A stretch of 37,933 nt of DNA, taken from sequence record DRR723986_4851; one strand, 5' to 3'. How positions within the stretch are numbered: position 1 is the stretch's first letter; every line of letters starts with the position of its first letter. Shown here one piece after another: positions 1 to 8,003 of this stretch. The translations under genes were made by a program, and so were the position numbers. A model generated the notes under the pieces. That model saw only the letters and a list, made by a program, of their open reading frames with translations, did no database searches and was not told the origin of the DNA.

Positions 1-26
1 CGGTTCGATTCTGTCTCCGGGCACCA
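1..26 (+). tRNA. 3' portion of a tRNA, probably tRNA-Leu (5' part outside window)
   Basis: (ga)CGG-TTCGATT-CTGTC T-arm, TCCGGGC acceptor 3' strand, discriminator A and encoded CCA. The implied 5' GCCCGGA is typical of tRNA-Leu. Anticodon not visible. Confidence 0.75.
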
Positions 27-37
27 TACACCTCCAG

Positions 38-66
38 AAAGCCTCACCAGCAAGCGGGGCTTTTTT
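38..66 (+). terminator. Intrinsic terminator downstream of tRNA
   Basis: AAAGCCTC(38-45)...GGGGCTTT(56-63) stem followed by a T run ending at 66. Confidence 0.65.
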
Positions 67-117
67 GTGCCCAGGATTCATGGCTTACTGCAGGCTCGAA
101 CTGCGCCGGAGAACAAG

Positions 118-510
118 ATGCCCCGGGGATCCTGCCTTTGCGAAGCGGTGACCTTCCGCTGGGAGCCGCCCAGCCTCTGGTGCTCGCACTGTCATTGCAG
201 CCTGTGCCAGCGCGCCCACGGCGCCGCCTTCGTCACCTGGATCGGAATGCCGGCGAACGCATGCACGATCGAGGGCCAGGCGTCGCTGCGCTGGTACGCC
301 TCATCGCCCGATTCCGAGCGGGGCTTTTGCAGCACCTGCGGTTCCACCCTGTTTTTCCGCTCCGCGCGCTGGCCCGGAGAACTGCATATCGCACTGGCCA
401 ATGTAAGCGGCGAAGCCGACCTGGCTCCCAGGCTGCACACCTACTGGGACAGCCGCGTGGCCTGGTTCGAGTTTACCGATGAACTGGAGCGCCGCTCAGG
501 TGAGGAATGA
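118..510 (+). CDS. GFA (glutathione-dependent formaldehyde-activating, CENP-V) family Zn protein
   Basis: GSCLC...CHCSLCQR...RGFCSTCGS motifs; ATG 118 preceded by GGAGA. Confidence 0.88.
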   Translation: MPRGSCLCEAVTFRWEPPSLWCSHCHCSLCQRAHGAAFVTWIGMPANACTIEGQASLRWYASSPDSERGFCSTCGSTLFFRSARWPGELHIALANVSGEADLAPRLHTYWDSRVAWFEFTDELERRSGEE

Positions 511-583
511 ACCGCAATCGCCTGTGCGCCAACGGATACAAACAGTTAAAGTAGGCCGATAACAACATTTGAGCGGGGCGGGG

Positions 584-1009
584 ATGTTCATCGTTTTCGT
601 GGTCAACAGTATCGTGGTGGCGGTGACGGTAATGATCCACTACGAGTTCCTGTACAGGTTCACCATCCTGATGCCGCGCCTCAAGATCCGCCATCGGCTG
701 CGCATCGTGATCGGGGTATTTGGCGCGCTGGTCGCGCACGCGCTGGAAGTCTGGATTTTCGCCTGTTCCTACTTCCTGATGAACCATTCCGACGACTGGG
801 GTTACCTGCAGGGCAACTTCGACGGCAGCCTGATGGACTGTGCCTATTTTTCCTTTACCACCTACACCACACTGGGCACCGGCGATATCGAACCCTTCGG
901 CGACCTGCGTTACCTGACCGGGCTGGAGTCACTCACCGGCCTGGTGCTGATTACCTGGACGGCGTCCTTCCTTTATCTGGAAATGACCCGCTACTGGGAC
1001 AGTGACTAA
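584..1009 (+). CDS. Small potassium-channel-family (Ion_trans_2) membrane protein
   Basis: TM helices and pore-helix/filter-like YFSFTTYTTLGTGDIEP; ATG 584 chosen over TTG 569. Confidence 0.8.
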   Translation: MFIVFVVNSIVVAVTVMIHYEFLYRFTILMPRLKIRHRLRIVIGVFGALVAHALEVWIFACSYFLMNHSDDWGYLQGNFDGSLMDCAYFSFTTYTTLGTGDIEPFGDLRYLTGLESLTGLVLITWTASFLYLEMTRYWDSD

Positions 1010-1093
1010 GACCACGGCACAGCCTGTGAGGTTTGCGATGCGCCGTTCGCCAGCGGCCGTCTACCGGGCCCTGAGCAAGCGCGGGAGCCGGGG

Positions 1094-1693
1094 ATGAAAT
1101 TATTGTGGGTAGCGATTTTCACCAGCGTTTTCGTATGGTCGGCGATTGCGCCAAAGGATTATTTAACCTGGTTGCTTGAAGTCTCCCCCGCACTGATCGG
1201 CTTTGCCGTGCTCGCCGCCACCTACTCGCGCTACCGACTGACCCCGATGGCCCACCAGCTCATCCTCGCCCACTGTGTGGTACTGATGGTGGGCGGTCAC
1301 TACACCTATGCCGAGGTACCCCTGTTCGACGGCCTGGGCGCCAGCCTGGGTTTCGAACGCAACAACTATGACAAGCTGGGCCACTTCATGCAGGGTTTTG
1401 TGCCGGCGCTGTTGGCGAGGGAAATCCTGATCCGTAACCAGGTGATAGCCAGCACAAGCTGGCGCGATTTCTTCATCGTCTGTTTCTGCCTCGCTTTCAG
1501 CGCCTTCTATGAGCTGATCGAGTGGCTGGTAGCCTTGCTGGCGGGCCAGGACTCGGAGGCCTTCCTCGGCACCCAGGGTTTCCAGTGGGATACCCAGACC
1601 GATATGGCGCTGGCACTGTTCGGTGCTATTGTCGCGCTGCTGCTACTGGCGCGTGTTCACGATCGACAAATGGCGGAGATTACATGGAACTGA
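1094..1693 (+). CDS. DUF2238 (YjdF-like) inner membrane protein
   Basis: WLLE, GGHYTYAEVP, RNNYDKLGHF, YELIEW, FLGTQG..WDTQ.DM motifs. Confidence 0.85.
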   Translation: MKLLWVAIFTSVFVWSAIAPKDYLTWLLEVSPALIGFAVLAATYSRYRLTPMAHQLILAHCVVLMVGGHYTYAEVPLFDGLGASLGFERNNYDKLGHFMQGFVPALLAREILIRNQVIASTSWRDFFIVCFCLAFSAFYELIEWLVALLAGQDSEAFLGTQGFQWDTQTDMALALFGAIVALLLLARVHDRQMAEITWN

Positions 1694-1956
1694 AGGCTTT
1701 CCTTACCGTATTCATCGCGGTGTTTATCGCCGAGTTGGGGGACAAAACCCAGCTCGCAACCATGCTGTTTGCCGCCGACCGGGAGGTGAGCAAATGGACC
1801 GTATTTTTCGCCGCATCGGCGGCCCTGGTGGTAGCGGCGGGCCTCGGGGTGCTGGCCGGCAGCCTGCTGGCCGAATACATGAACGAGAAAGTGCTGTCGG
1901 TGGTGGCCGGAACCGGGTTCATCCTGATTGGCGCCTACACCCTGTACCAGGCCTGA
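1684..1956 (+). CDS. Half-size TMEM165/GDT1 (UPF0016) Ca/Mn antiporter-family protein, 90 aa
   Basis: AELGDKTQ signature, 3 TM segments; ATG 1684 overlaps the end of the upstream gene and follows GGAG. Confidence 0.85.
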   Translation: MELKAFLTVFIAVFIAELGDKTQLATMLFAADREVSKWTVFFAASAALVVAAGLGVLAGSLLAEYMNEKVLSVVAGTGFILIGAYTLYQA

Positions 1957-1978
1957 GGCTTTCGAGGAGGACCACGTA

Positions 1979-2467
1979 ATGACGGGTATTGTTATCAGGC
2001 AGGCGCTCCCTGCCGATGCCGACTTGATCCTGCGCTTCATCCGGGAGTTGGCCGAGTATGAGAAAGCCCTCGATGAAGTAAAGGCCAGCGCCAGCCAGTT
2101 GGCGGGCGCGCTGTTCTCAGATAACCCCCGGGTGTTCTCGGTGATTTGTGAGGTAGACGGGGAGCCGGCGGGCTTCGCCCTGTATTTCTACAGCTTCTCA
2201 ACCTGGCTGGGCAGTCACGGCCTGTTCCTTGAGGATCTCTATGTCAGCCCGGCCTACCGCGGCGCCGGGGCAGGCAAGGCCTTGCTGCATCACCTGGCAA
2301 AACAGGCGGTGCATGAGGGTTGCGGGCGCTTCGAGTGGAATGTTTTGGACTGGAACCAGCCGGCGATTGATTTTTACGAATCCTTTGGCGCGCGGCCGCA
2401 GAGCGAGTGGGTCGGCTACCGGCTCACCGGTGATGCGCTGCAACGCTTCGCCGGGCTGGCGAGCTGA
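1979..2467 (+). CDS. GNAT N-acetyltransferase (diamine/spermidine acetyltransferase-like)
   Basis: IRELAEYEK, FSTWLG, FLEDLYV.P.YRG.GAGKALL, VLDWNQPAIDFY; GAGGAGG RBS at 1964-1970. Confidence 0.88.
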   Translation: MTGIVIRQALPADADLILRFIRELAEYEKALDEVKASASQLAGALFSDNPRVFSVICEVDGEPAGFALYFYSFSTWLGSHGLFLEDLYVSPAYRGAGAGKALLHHLAKQAVHEGCGRFEWNVLDWNQPAIDFYESFGARPQSEWVGYRLTGDALQRFAGLAS

Positions 2468-2468
2468 A

Positions 2469-2684
2469 TCAGCCGGGGCCGAGGTATTCGAAACGTGGCC
2501 GCGGCTCGCCATCGATCATGACGCTCTCGAGGAACATCGCCACTGGCCGCACCCAGAGACCACTGTCCCCATACAAGGGTGTATACACGACCAGTTCTTC
2601 CCCGGTTTCCGAGTGCCGGGCAAGCCCGGTAACCCGGTATTCTCCGCCCTTGAAGTGCCGATACCTGCCCGGTTTGAGATTCAC
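2469..2684 (-). CDS. DUF1653 domain protein
   Basis: PGRYRHFKGGEY, ARHSETGE..VVY..LYG, LWVRP..MF, PRF motifs; GTG start. Confidence 0.88.
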   Translation of the reverse strand: MNLKPGRYRHFKGGEYRVTGLARHSETGEELVVYTPLYGDSGLWVRPVAMFLESVMIDGEPRPRFEYLGPG

Positions 2685-2749
2685 TGCTGTGCCGCCTGTG
2701 CCTTGGGTGGGCCCAAGATACGCGCCAGACGGGCCCCGGTAAACTACAA

Positions 2750-2791
2750 AACTGCGCCGAAATGACCGGTAACTGCGACCAACAGACCGGT
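2750..2791. promoter_or_regulatory. 21-bp tandem direct repeat, putative LytTR-regulator binding site
   Basis: AACTGCGCCGAAATGACCGGT (2750-2770) / AACTGCGACCAACAGACCGGT (2771-2791), 17/21 identical; ends at the -35 position of TATAAT (2810-2815) upstream of the LytS/LytTR pair. Confidence 0.6.
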
Positions 2792-2822
2792 ATCCGCCCG
2801 CTTAACCCGTATAATGGCCGCC

Positions 2823-3920
2823 ATGCAATACCAGGACATCCTACAGAACAAGCGCTACCTCTTCTGGGCGCTGCAGCTTGCCGGCTGGAGCGGCTGGGCC
2901 ATATCGTTCTACCTGGGCGTAGTCCTGCGCGACAAGCCCCTGGAAAATTACGGCCTGTACCTCGCGACCATCGCCTTTATCGGCATGCTGCTAACCCTGG
3001 GCCTGCGCTGGCTCTATCGCACGATCTGGGACAAGTCCATCACCGTGCGGGTTGTCGCAATCCTCGGCGGTTCCTATGCCGCAGCTGTGCTGTGGATGCT
3101 GTCCCGATCCACCATTTTCTCCAATATCTATCCGGACCAGACCAAGTCCTACGCCGAAATGGGCGAGTGGACCTTCCTGTCCTACTTCGCCGGCGCCAGC
3201 CTGGCGTTCTGGGTTATGCTGGTGTGGAGCGCGCTGTACTTCGGCATTAAGTACTACCTGATGATGCAGGAGGAGCGGCAGCGCAGCCTCAAGGCTATGA
3301 ATATGGCGCACGAGGCACAGCTGAAAATGCTGCGCTACCAGCTTAACCCCCACTTCCTGTTCAACACCCTGAACGCAATATCCACCCTGATCCTTGACGG
3401 CAACAACAAGCTGGCCAACGTTATGGTGACCCGCCTGTCGCGCTTCCTGCGCTACTCACTGGATAACGACCCGATGCTGCGGGTCACGGTCGCCGAGGAG
3501 GTCGAGGCGCTGCAACTGTACCTGGACATCGAGAAAGTGCGCTTCGAGGAACGCCTGCGCCTGCATTTCTCGATCAGTCCGGAAGCCAGCGACGCCCTGA
3601 TGCCCAGCCTGCTGCTGCAGCCGCTGGTTGAAAACTCGATCAAGTACGCCATCGCCAGCGCGATTGCCGGCGGCTCGATCGCGGTAAGCGCTGATATAAT
3701 CGGCGGCGAGCTGGAACTGGTGGTGGCCGATGACGGACCCGGTCTGGACCTGCGCAACGGCCGGATGCCCAAGGGCGGCGGTGTCGGTCTTGCCAATATT
3801 CGGGAACGCCTCAGGGAAGTTTACGGCGAGAAGCAGTCTTTCCGCCTCGGGGCCACGGAACCGCACGGACTGACCATTACCATCCGAATACCGCTGGAGC
3901 ACGCGACAACAACAGCATGA
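2823..3920 (+). CDS. LytS/YehU-family sensor histidine kinase
   Basis: N-terminal TM helices, LRYQLNPHFLFNTLN H-box, LQPLVENSIKY, DDGPG, GVGLANIRERL. Alternative ATG at 2814 overlaps the TATAAT. Confidence 0.92.
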   Translation: MQYQDILQNKRYLFWALQLAGWSGWAISFYLGVVLRDKPLENYGLYLATIAFIGMLLTLGLRWLYRTIWDKSITVRVVAILGGSYAAAVLWMLSRSTIFSNIYPDQTKSYAEMGEWTFLSYFAGASLAFWVMLVWSALYFGIKYYLMMQEERQRSLKAMNMAHEAQLKMLRYQLNPHFLFNTLNAISTLILDGNNKLANVMVTRLSRFLRYSLDNDPMLRVTVAEEVEALQLYLDIEKVRFEERLRLHFSISPEASDALMPSLLLQPLVENSIKYAIASAIAGGSIAVSADIIGGELELVVADDGPGLDLRNGRMPKGGGVGLANIRERLREVYGEKQSFRLGATEPHGLTITIRIPLEHATTTA

Positions 3921-4726
3921 AAATCCTGCGATCAATCATCGTCGACGATGAAAAACTGGCGCGCCGGGGTCTGGCCCTGCGCCTGCAACACCTCCCCCAG
4001 ATCGAGCTGGTCGCTGAATGCAGCAACGGCGCCGAGGCCCTGAAGGCCGTCGCCGAACTCGCGCCTGATCTCGTATTCCTCGATATCCAGATGCCCGGGA
4101 TGGACGGCTTTGACGTGGTTAACGAGCTGCAGTCAGACACCATGCCCATGATCATTTTCGTGACCGCCTTCAATGAGTACGCGGTCGAGGCGTTCAAGGT
4201 CCACGCGGTGGACTACGTCCTGAAACCGATCGATGAGGATCGCCTGCAGGACGCGGTGGACCGGGCCATGGCCCAGCACGCACAGTCCGAGTCCATCGCC
4301 AGCAAGGAAAAGCTGGTACAGCTGGTCATGGGCATTACCGGTGCCAGTGCCAGCTCCGTGGAGGAAATGGCTGAGTCGGGTGAAGGGCCACGGAAATGGC
4401 CGGAGAAAATCACCATCAAGGACGGCAACGACATCCGCTTCATCAAGGTCGCCAGCATCCAGTGGGTAGACGCTGCGGGTGACTATATGTGCATTCACGC
4501 GTCGGGCAACACCCACATCATGCGGATCACCATGAAGCAGCTGGAAAACCTGCTGGATCCCGCTGTATTCCTGCGCGTTCATCGCTCGACCATCGTCAAT
4601 ATCAACGTGATCAACGGGGCCCAGAGTCTCGAGAACGGCGAGTACCTGCTGAACCTCGAAGGTGATGCGCAGGTCAAGGTCAGCCGCGGCTACCGCGACA
4701 AGGTGAAACAGTTCCTAACCGCCTGA
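3917..4726 (+). CDS. LytTR-family response regulator
   Basis: IVDDE, FLDIQMP, FVTAF, DYVLKP receiver domain; FLRVHRSTIVN, VSRGY LytTR domain; ATGA overlap with the kinase. Confidence 0.93.
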   Translation: MKILRSIIVDDEKLARRGLALRLQHLPQIELVAECSNGAEALKAVAELAPDLVFLDIQMPGMDGFDVVNELQSDTMPMIIFVTAFNEYAVEAFKVHAVDYVLKPIDEDRLQDAVDRAMAQHAQSESIASKEKLVQLVMGITGASASSVEEMAESGEGPRKWPEKITIKDGNDIRFIKVASIQWVDAAGDYMCIHASGNTHIMRITMKQLENLLDPAVFLRVHRSTIVNINVINGAQSLENGEYLLNLEGDAQVKVSRGYRDKVKQFLTA

Positions 4727-6898
4727 TCCGGGCTGCAGACTCACCCTACCGGCGTCGGTGACCCGGCCAATGATCGCGGCCGGATAGCCCGACTCGCGCA
4801 GTGCTGCCAGCAGCGCTGGCGCGCTATCCGGCGATATCCCGATCAATAGACCGCCCCCGGTCTGGGGGTCGAATAGCAGCGCCTCCCCGGACTCATCCAC
4901 TGTTGCCTGCACGCGATCGACCACGCTGCGCCTGTTGGCCTCATGCATTGTACTGCGGATACCCGCCGCCAGTGCTTCGCGCGCGCCGGGCAGGCAGGGG
5001 ATAGACGCCAGTTCCAGTTCGGCGCCCTGCTCCGGATCGAGCATCTCCAGCAGGTGGCCCGCCAGGCCAAAACCGGTAACGTCGGTGGCGGCACTGGCGC
5101 CGTGCTCCAGTGCCAGCCGGGCGGCGGCGGCATTGCTCTGCAGCAGGCTGTCGATGGCAGCCCTGACGTCGCGACCATCCGCCCGCAACTGCATATGGGC
5201 GGCAAATACCGCCCCACTGCCAAGCGGCCTGGTGAGAATCAAGCTATCGTCCGCCTGCAGGCCTCGCTTGGCCAGCCCCTCCGCCACCGGGACACCGGTG
5301 ACAGCGAATCCCAATTGCAGCTCGATTCCCTGCATGCTGTGCCCGCCCAGCAGGGGACAGTCCGCCTCGCGCAGGCTTTCCAGCGCTCCCGCCAGCACCT
5401 GCTCGAGATCACGCTCCAGCAGCGCCGGTGCAGCGAAGGGCAAGGTAACCAGGGCCAGGGCGGAATGCGGCCTGGCACCGCTGGCATACAGGTCCGACAG
5501 GGCATGATTGGCCGCTATCCGCCCCATCAACCAGGGGTCGGCAACCAGTCCGCGCAGGGCATCGATGCTCTGGCAGATGAGTTCCGAACCCGGTGCCGAA
5601 CGCACCGCGTCCTCGCCCGGACTTTGGCCCCGGGCATGCTCCGGGAACTTGCCGGCAAGCCGCTGCAGAACCCGGTGCAGCATGTCGGCTCCGACTTTCG
5701 CCCCGCAGCCACCGCAATGGGGTTGTGGTTCGGTAGGCAGTTCCGGCAGCCGATCCACCGCCCGCACCTTGCCCATAGACGGCAGCTCACTGAAGCGCTG
5801 CATGAATTCCCGGTCGATGCGGTCTTTCCAGCGCCACACCCAGGCACCTGAGGCGCTGAACGGCCCGCGATCCGCCGCCGCCTGCCGGTCACCCAGGGAC
5901 AGCAGCGACAGGAAGCGGCGCTGGGGCCGGTGCTCGCGCAGCTCCTGACCCAGCAGCAGGCGCCGCAGGTTGGCAGCGAGTACCGGACCCTGGCGTACCG
6001 CGTAGACACCCGCCTTGGGTCGCGGGTGATTCACCTGGGTTGCGCAGTCGCCAGCGGCAAAAATGCGATCATCATCCACTGCCTGCAAGGTGTCGCGGAT
6101 TGCGAGAAAGCCGCGCTCGTCGGTGGCCAGGCCTGAAGCGGCCAGCCAGGGTGCGGCACTGGCACCGGTACACCAGAACAACGCGTCAAAAGGCGTCGAG
6201 CCAGCACCGAACAGCTGCAGTTCACCGGCGCTGACCCGCTCAACCCTGGCCCCGCAGTGCAAGGTGACCCGGTGCCGGGCCAGGGCGTTTTCCACCACAG
6301 CCCGGGCGCGCCGGTTATAGTCCTGCAGAATCGTCGGTCCGCCACAATACAGGTCAAAGGCCAGCTCACGGTCGCGCAGACGATGAGCCATAGCCAGGAT
6401 CAGCTCGACGCCGCCGGCGCCACCGCCCACCACCGCCAGCCGCTGCCCGGGCACCAACCGGGATTCGAGGTTCTGCCAGCGCTGCCACAGCCCTGCAACC
6501 GGTTTGACCGGAACCGCAAACTCCCGCGCGCCCAGAACCGAATCAATCTCCGGCTGGGAGCCGACGTCGAGGCTTAGCAGGTCATAGCGCAGCCCGGGCC
6601 GGCCAGCCAGGGTCAGCTGCCGCGCTACCGGATCCAGTCCGGTCACTTCGGCACAGATAAAGCGCACCTGCGCCCAGGCACAGAGCCGTTCGAGGTCGAT
6701 GTGGGTTTCTTCGAAGCCGTAGTGTCCCGCCAGCAGGCCGGGCAACATCCCCGAATAGGGGGTATGGCTCGCAGGGGAAATCAGCGTGATCCGCAGGCCG
6801 GCGATCGGCCGCATTGCCAGCTTCCGCAAAACCAGGGCATGAGCGTGGCCGCCGCCGACCAGCACCAGGTCCTGCATCCATTCGTTAGTAGACAACAT
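4715..6898 (-). CDS. selD: Selenide,water dikinase SelD fused to an N-terminal FAD-dependent pyridine nucleotide-disulfide oxidoreductase domain
   Basis: N-terminal LVLVGGGHAH, TPYSGMLPG, RPKAGVYAVRQG, W.WKDRIDR.F; C-terminal HCGGCGAKVG, ANHALSDLYA, LLGGHS, TDVTGFGLAGHL, DPQTGGGLL; ATG 6898 overlaps the mnmH TGA (TGATG). Confidence 0.92.
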   Translation of the reverse strand: MLSTNEWMQDLVLVGGGHAHALVLRKLAMRPIAGLRITLISPASHTPYSGMLPGLLAGHYGFEETHIDLERLCAWAQVRFICAEVTGLDPVARQLTLAGRPGLRYDLLSLDVGSQPEIDSVLGAREFAVPVKPVAGLWQRWQNLESRLVPGQRLAVVGGGAGGVELILAMAHRLRDRELAFDLYCGGPTILQDYNRRARAVVENALARHRVTLHCGARVERVSAGELQLFGAGSTPFDALFWCTGASAAPWLAASGLATDERGFLAIRDTLQAVDDDRIFAAGDCATQVNHPRPKAGVYAVRQGPVLAANLRRLLLGQELREHRPQRRFLSLLSLGDRQAAADRGPFSASGAWVWRWKDRIDREFMQRFSELPSMGKVRAVDRLPELPTEPQPHCGGCGAKVGADMLHRVLQRLAGKFPEHARGQSPGEDAVRSAPGSELICQSIDALRGLVADPWLMGRIAANHALSDLYASGARPHSALALVTLPFAAPALLERDLEQVLAGALESLREADCPLLGGHSMQGIELQLGFAVTGVPVAEGLAKRGLQADDSLILTRPLGSGAVFAAHMQLRADGRDVRAAIDSLLQSNAAAARLALEHGASAATDVTGFGLAGHLLEMLDPEQGAELELASIPCLPGAREALAAGIRSTMHEANRRSVVDRVQATVDESGEALLFDPQTGGGLLIGISPDSAPALLAALRESGYPAAIIGRVTDAGRVSLQPGSGG

Positions 6899-7995
6899 CA
6901 GCCCTGTTGCCCCACTGCCCAGGCAACAACCGCGTCCTGGGACCCGGCGTACAGGCGTTGGCCGCTGCGCCGGGAGAGCTGGTAGTCGTACATGGGATCG
7001 TAGTAATCCGCGAGCAGCGTGCGGATCCACATCCGGTGCCCATCCGCTGGACCACCGGCGGCCTGTTCGTCGAACGCACGGTCCATCACCGCACTCAGCT
7101 CCTGTTGCAGGGCACCCCCGAGCCGTTTGCGAATCTTCAGCAGGTCACCCTGCAGGCGAGCGCGATGCTCCTGCGGGCCCTGCTCGCCAAAGGCCGCGCG
7201 GAACCGCGCCCCGAGGTCGACTATATAATCTTCCAGCACGGTCTGTACCCGGCTCTCCAGATCCTCCTCCACCATCAGCATGGGCGCCTCGACCATGCGC
7301 TCGCGCAGCTTGTCTGGCAGCGACAGGCGGCCGATGAGGCGGCCCTCGTCCTCCAGGAATACCCGCCGGTCACCGTCCACCAGCCGCTTGAGCAACGCTA
7401 TGCTCAGGGCGTTCTCGAAATCGATCTGGGAGGGCTGGGGTTCCAGCAAAAGACCAAATGCCGAGCCGCGATGCCGGGCCATGCCCTCCAGGTCCACCGC
7501 CTGCGGAATACGCTCGATTACCCGGGTTTTGCCCACACCGGTGCGGCCGCTGACCAGCACCAGCTCCGCCACCGCCAGCGAGCGCGCCAGCTCGTCGATG
7601 AGGAAGCGGCGCATGGCCTTGTAGCCGCCCCGCACCAGCGGGTAATCGACCCCCGCATCGCGCAGCCATTGCTGCACGGTCTGGGAGCGCAGGCCGCCGC
7701 GAAAACAGTAGAGATAGCCATCCGGATGGGCTTTCGCAAACGCCAGCCAGCGCTGCAGGCGTTGTTCGCGCAGGTCGCCGGCAACCAGGCGATGACCGAG
7801 CGCTATTGCCGCATCCTGGCCCTTGTTCTTGTAACAGATGCCGACCTCGGCTCGCTCTTCATCGGACATCAACGGCAGGCTGCTGGAAGAGGGAAAGGCG
7901 CCGTGGGCAAATTCAGCCGGCGCCCGCATATCCATCATCGGCGCATCCGCCAGGAACAGCGCGCGGTAATCCCCGGTGTCCTGGCGTGCGGTCAT
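6898..7995 (-). CDS. mnmH: tRNA 2-selenouridine(34) synthase MnmH/SelU
   Basis: Rhodanese DMRAPAEF, YCFRGGLRS, GGYKAMR; P-loop GRTGVGKT; HRGSAFG, QPSQIDFEN, YYDPMYDYQ. Confidence 0.95.
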   Translation of the reverse strand: MTARQDTGDYRALFLADAPMMDMRAPAEFAHGAFPSSSSLPLMSDEERAEVGICYKNKGQDAAIALGHRLVAGDLREQRLQRWLAFAKAHPDGYLYCFRGGLRSQTVQQWLRDAGVDYPLVRGGYKAMRRFLIDELARSLAVAELVLVSGRTGVGKTRVIERIPQAVDLEGMARHRGSAFGLLLEPQPSQIDFENALSIALLKRLVDGDRRVFLEDEGRLIGRLSLPDKLRERMVEAPMLMVEEDLESRVQTVLEDYIVDLGARFRAAFGEQGPQEHRARLQGDLLKIRKRLGGALQQELSAVMDRAFDEQAAGGPADGHRMWIRTLLADYYDPMYDYQLSRRSGQRLYAGSQDAVVAWAVGQQG

Positions 7996-8003
7996 CGAAT
8001 CCC

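Noticed and set aside
542-551. ACAGTTAAAG resembling an AgrA/LytTR half-site upstream of the channel gene
   Set aside because: Single copy with no partner at 21-bp spacing; likely chance in an AT-rich spacer.
6896-6900. Selenocysteine readthrough of the mnmH TGA into selD
   Set aside because: selD starts in a different frame (TGATG coupling), SelD has Cys at its catalytic position, and I saw no in-frame TGA interrupting any gene in the window.
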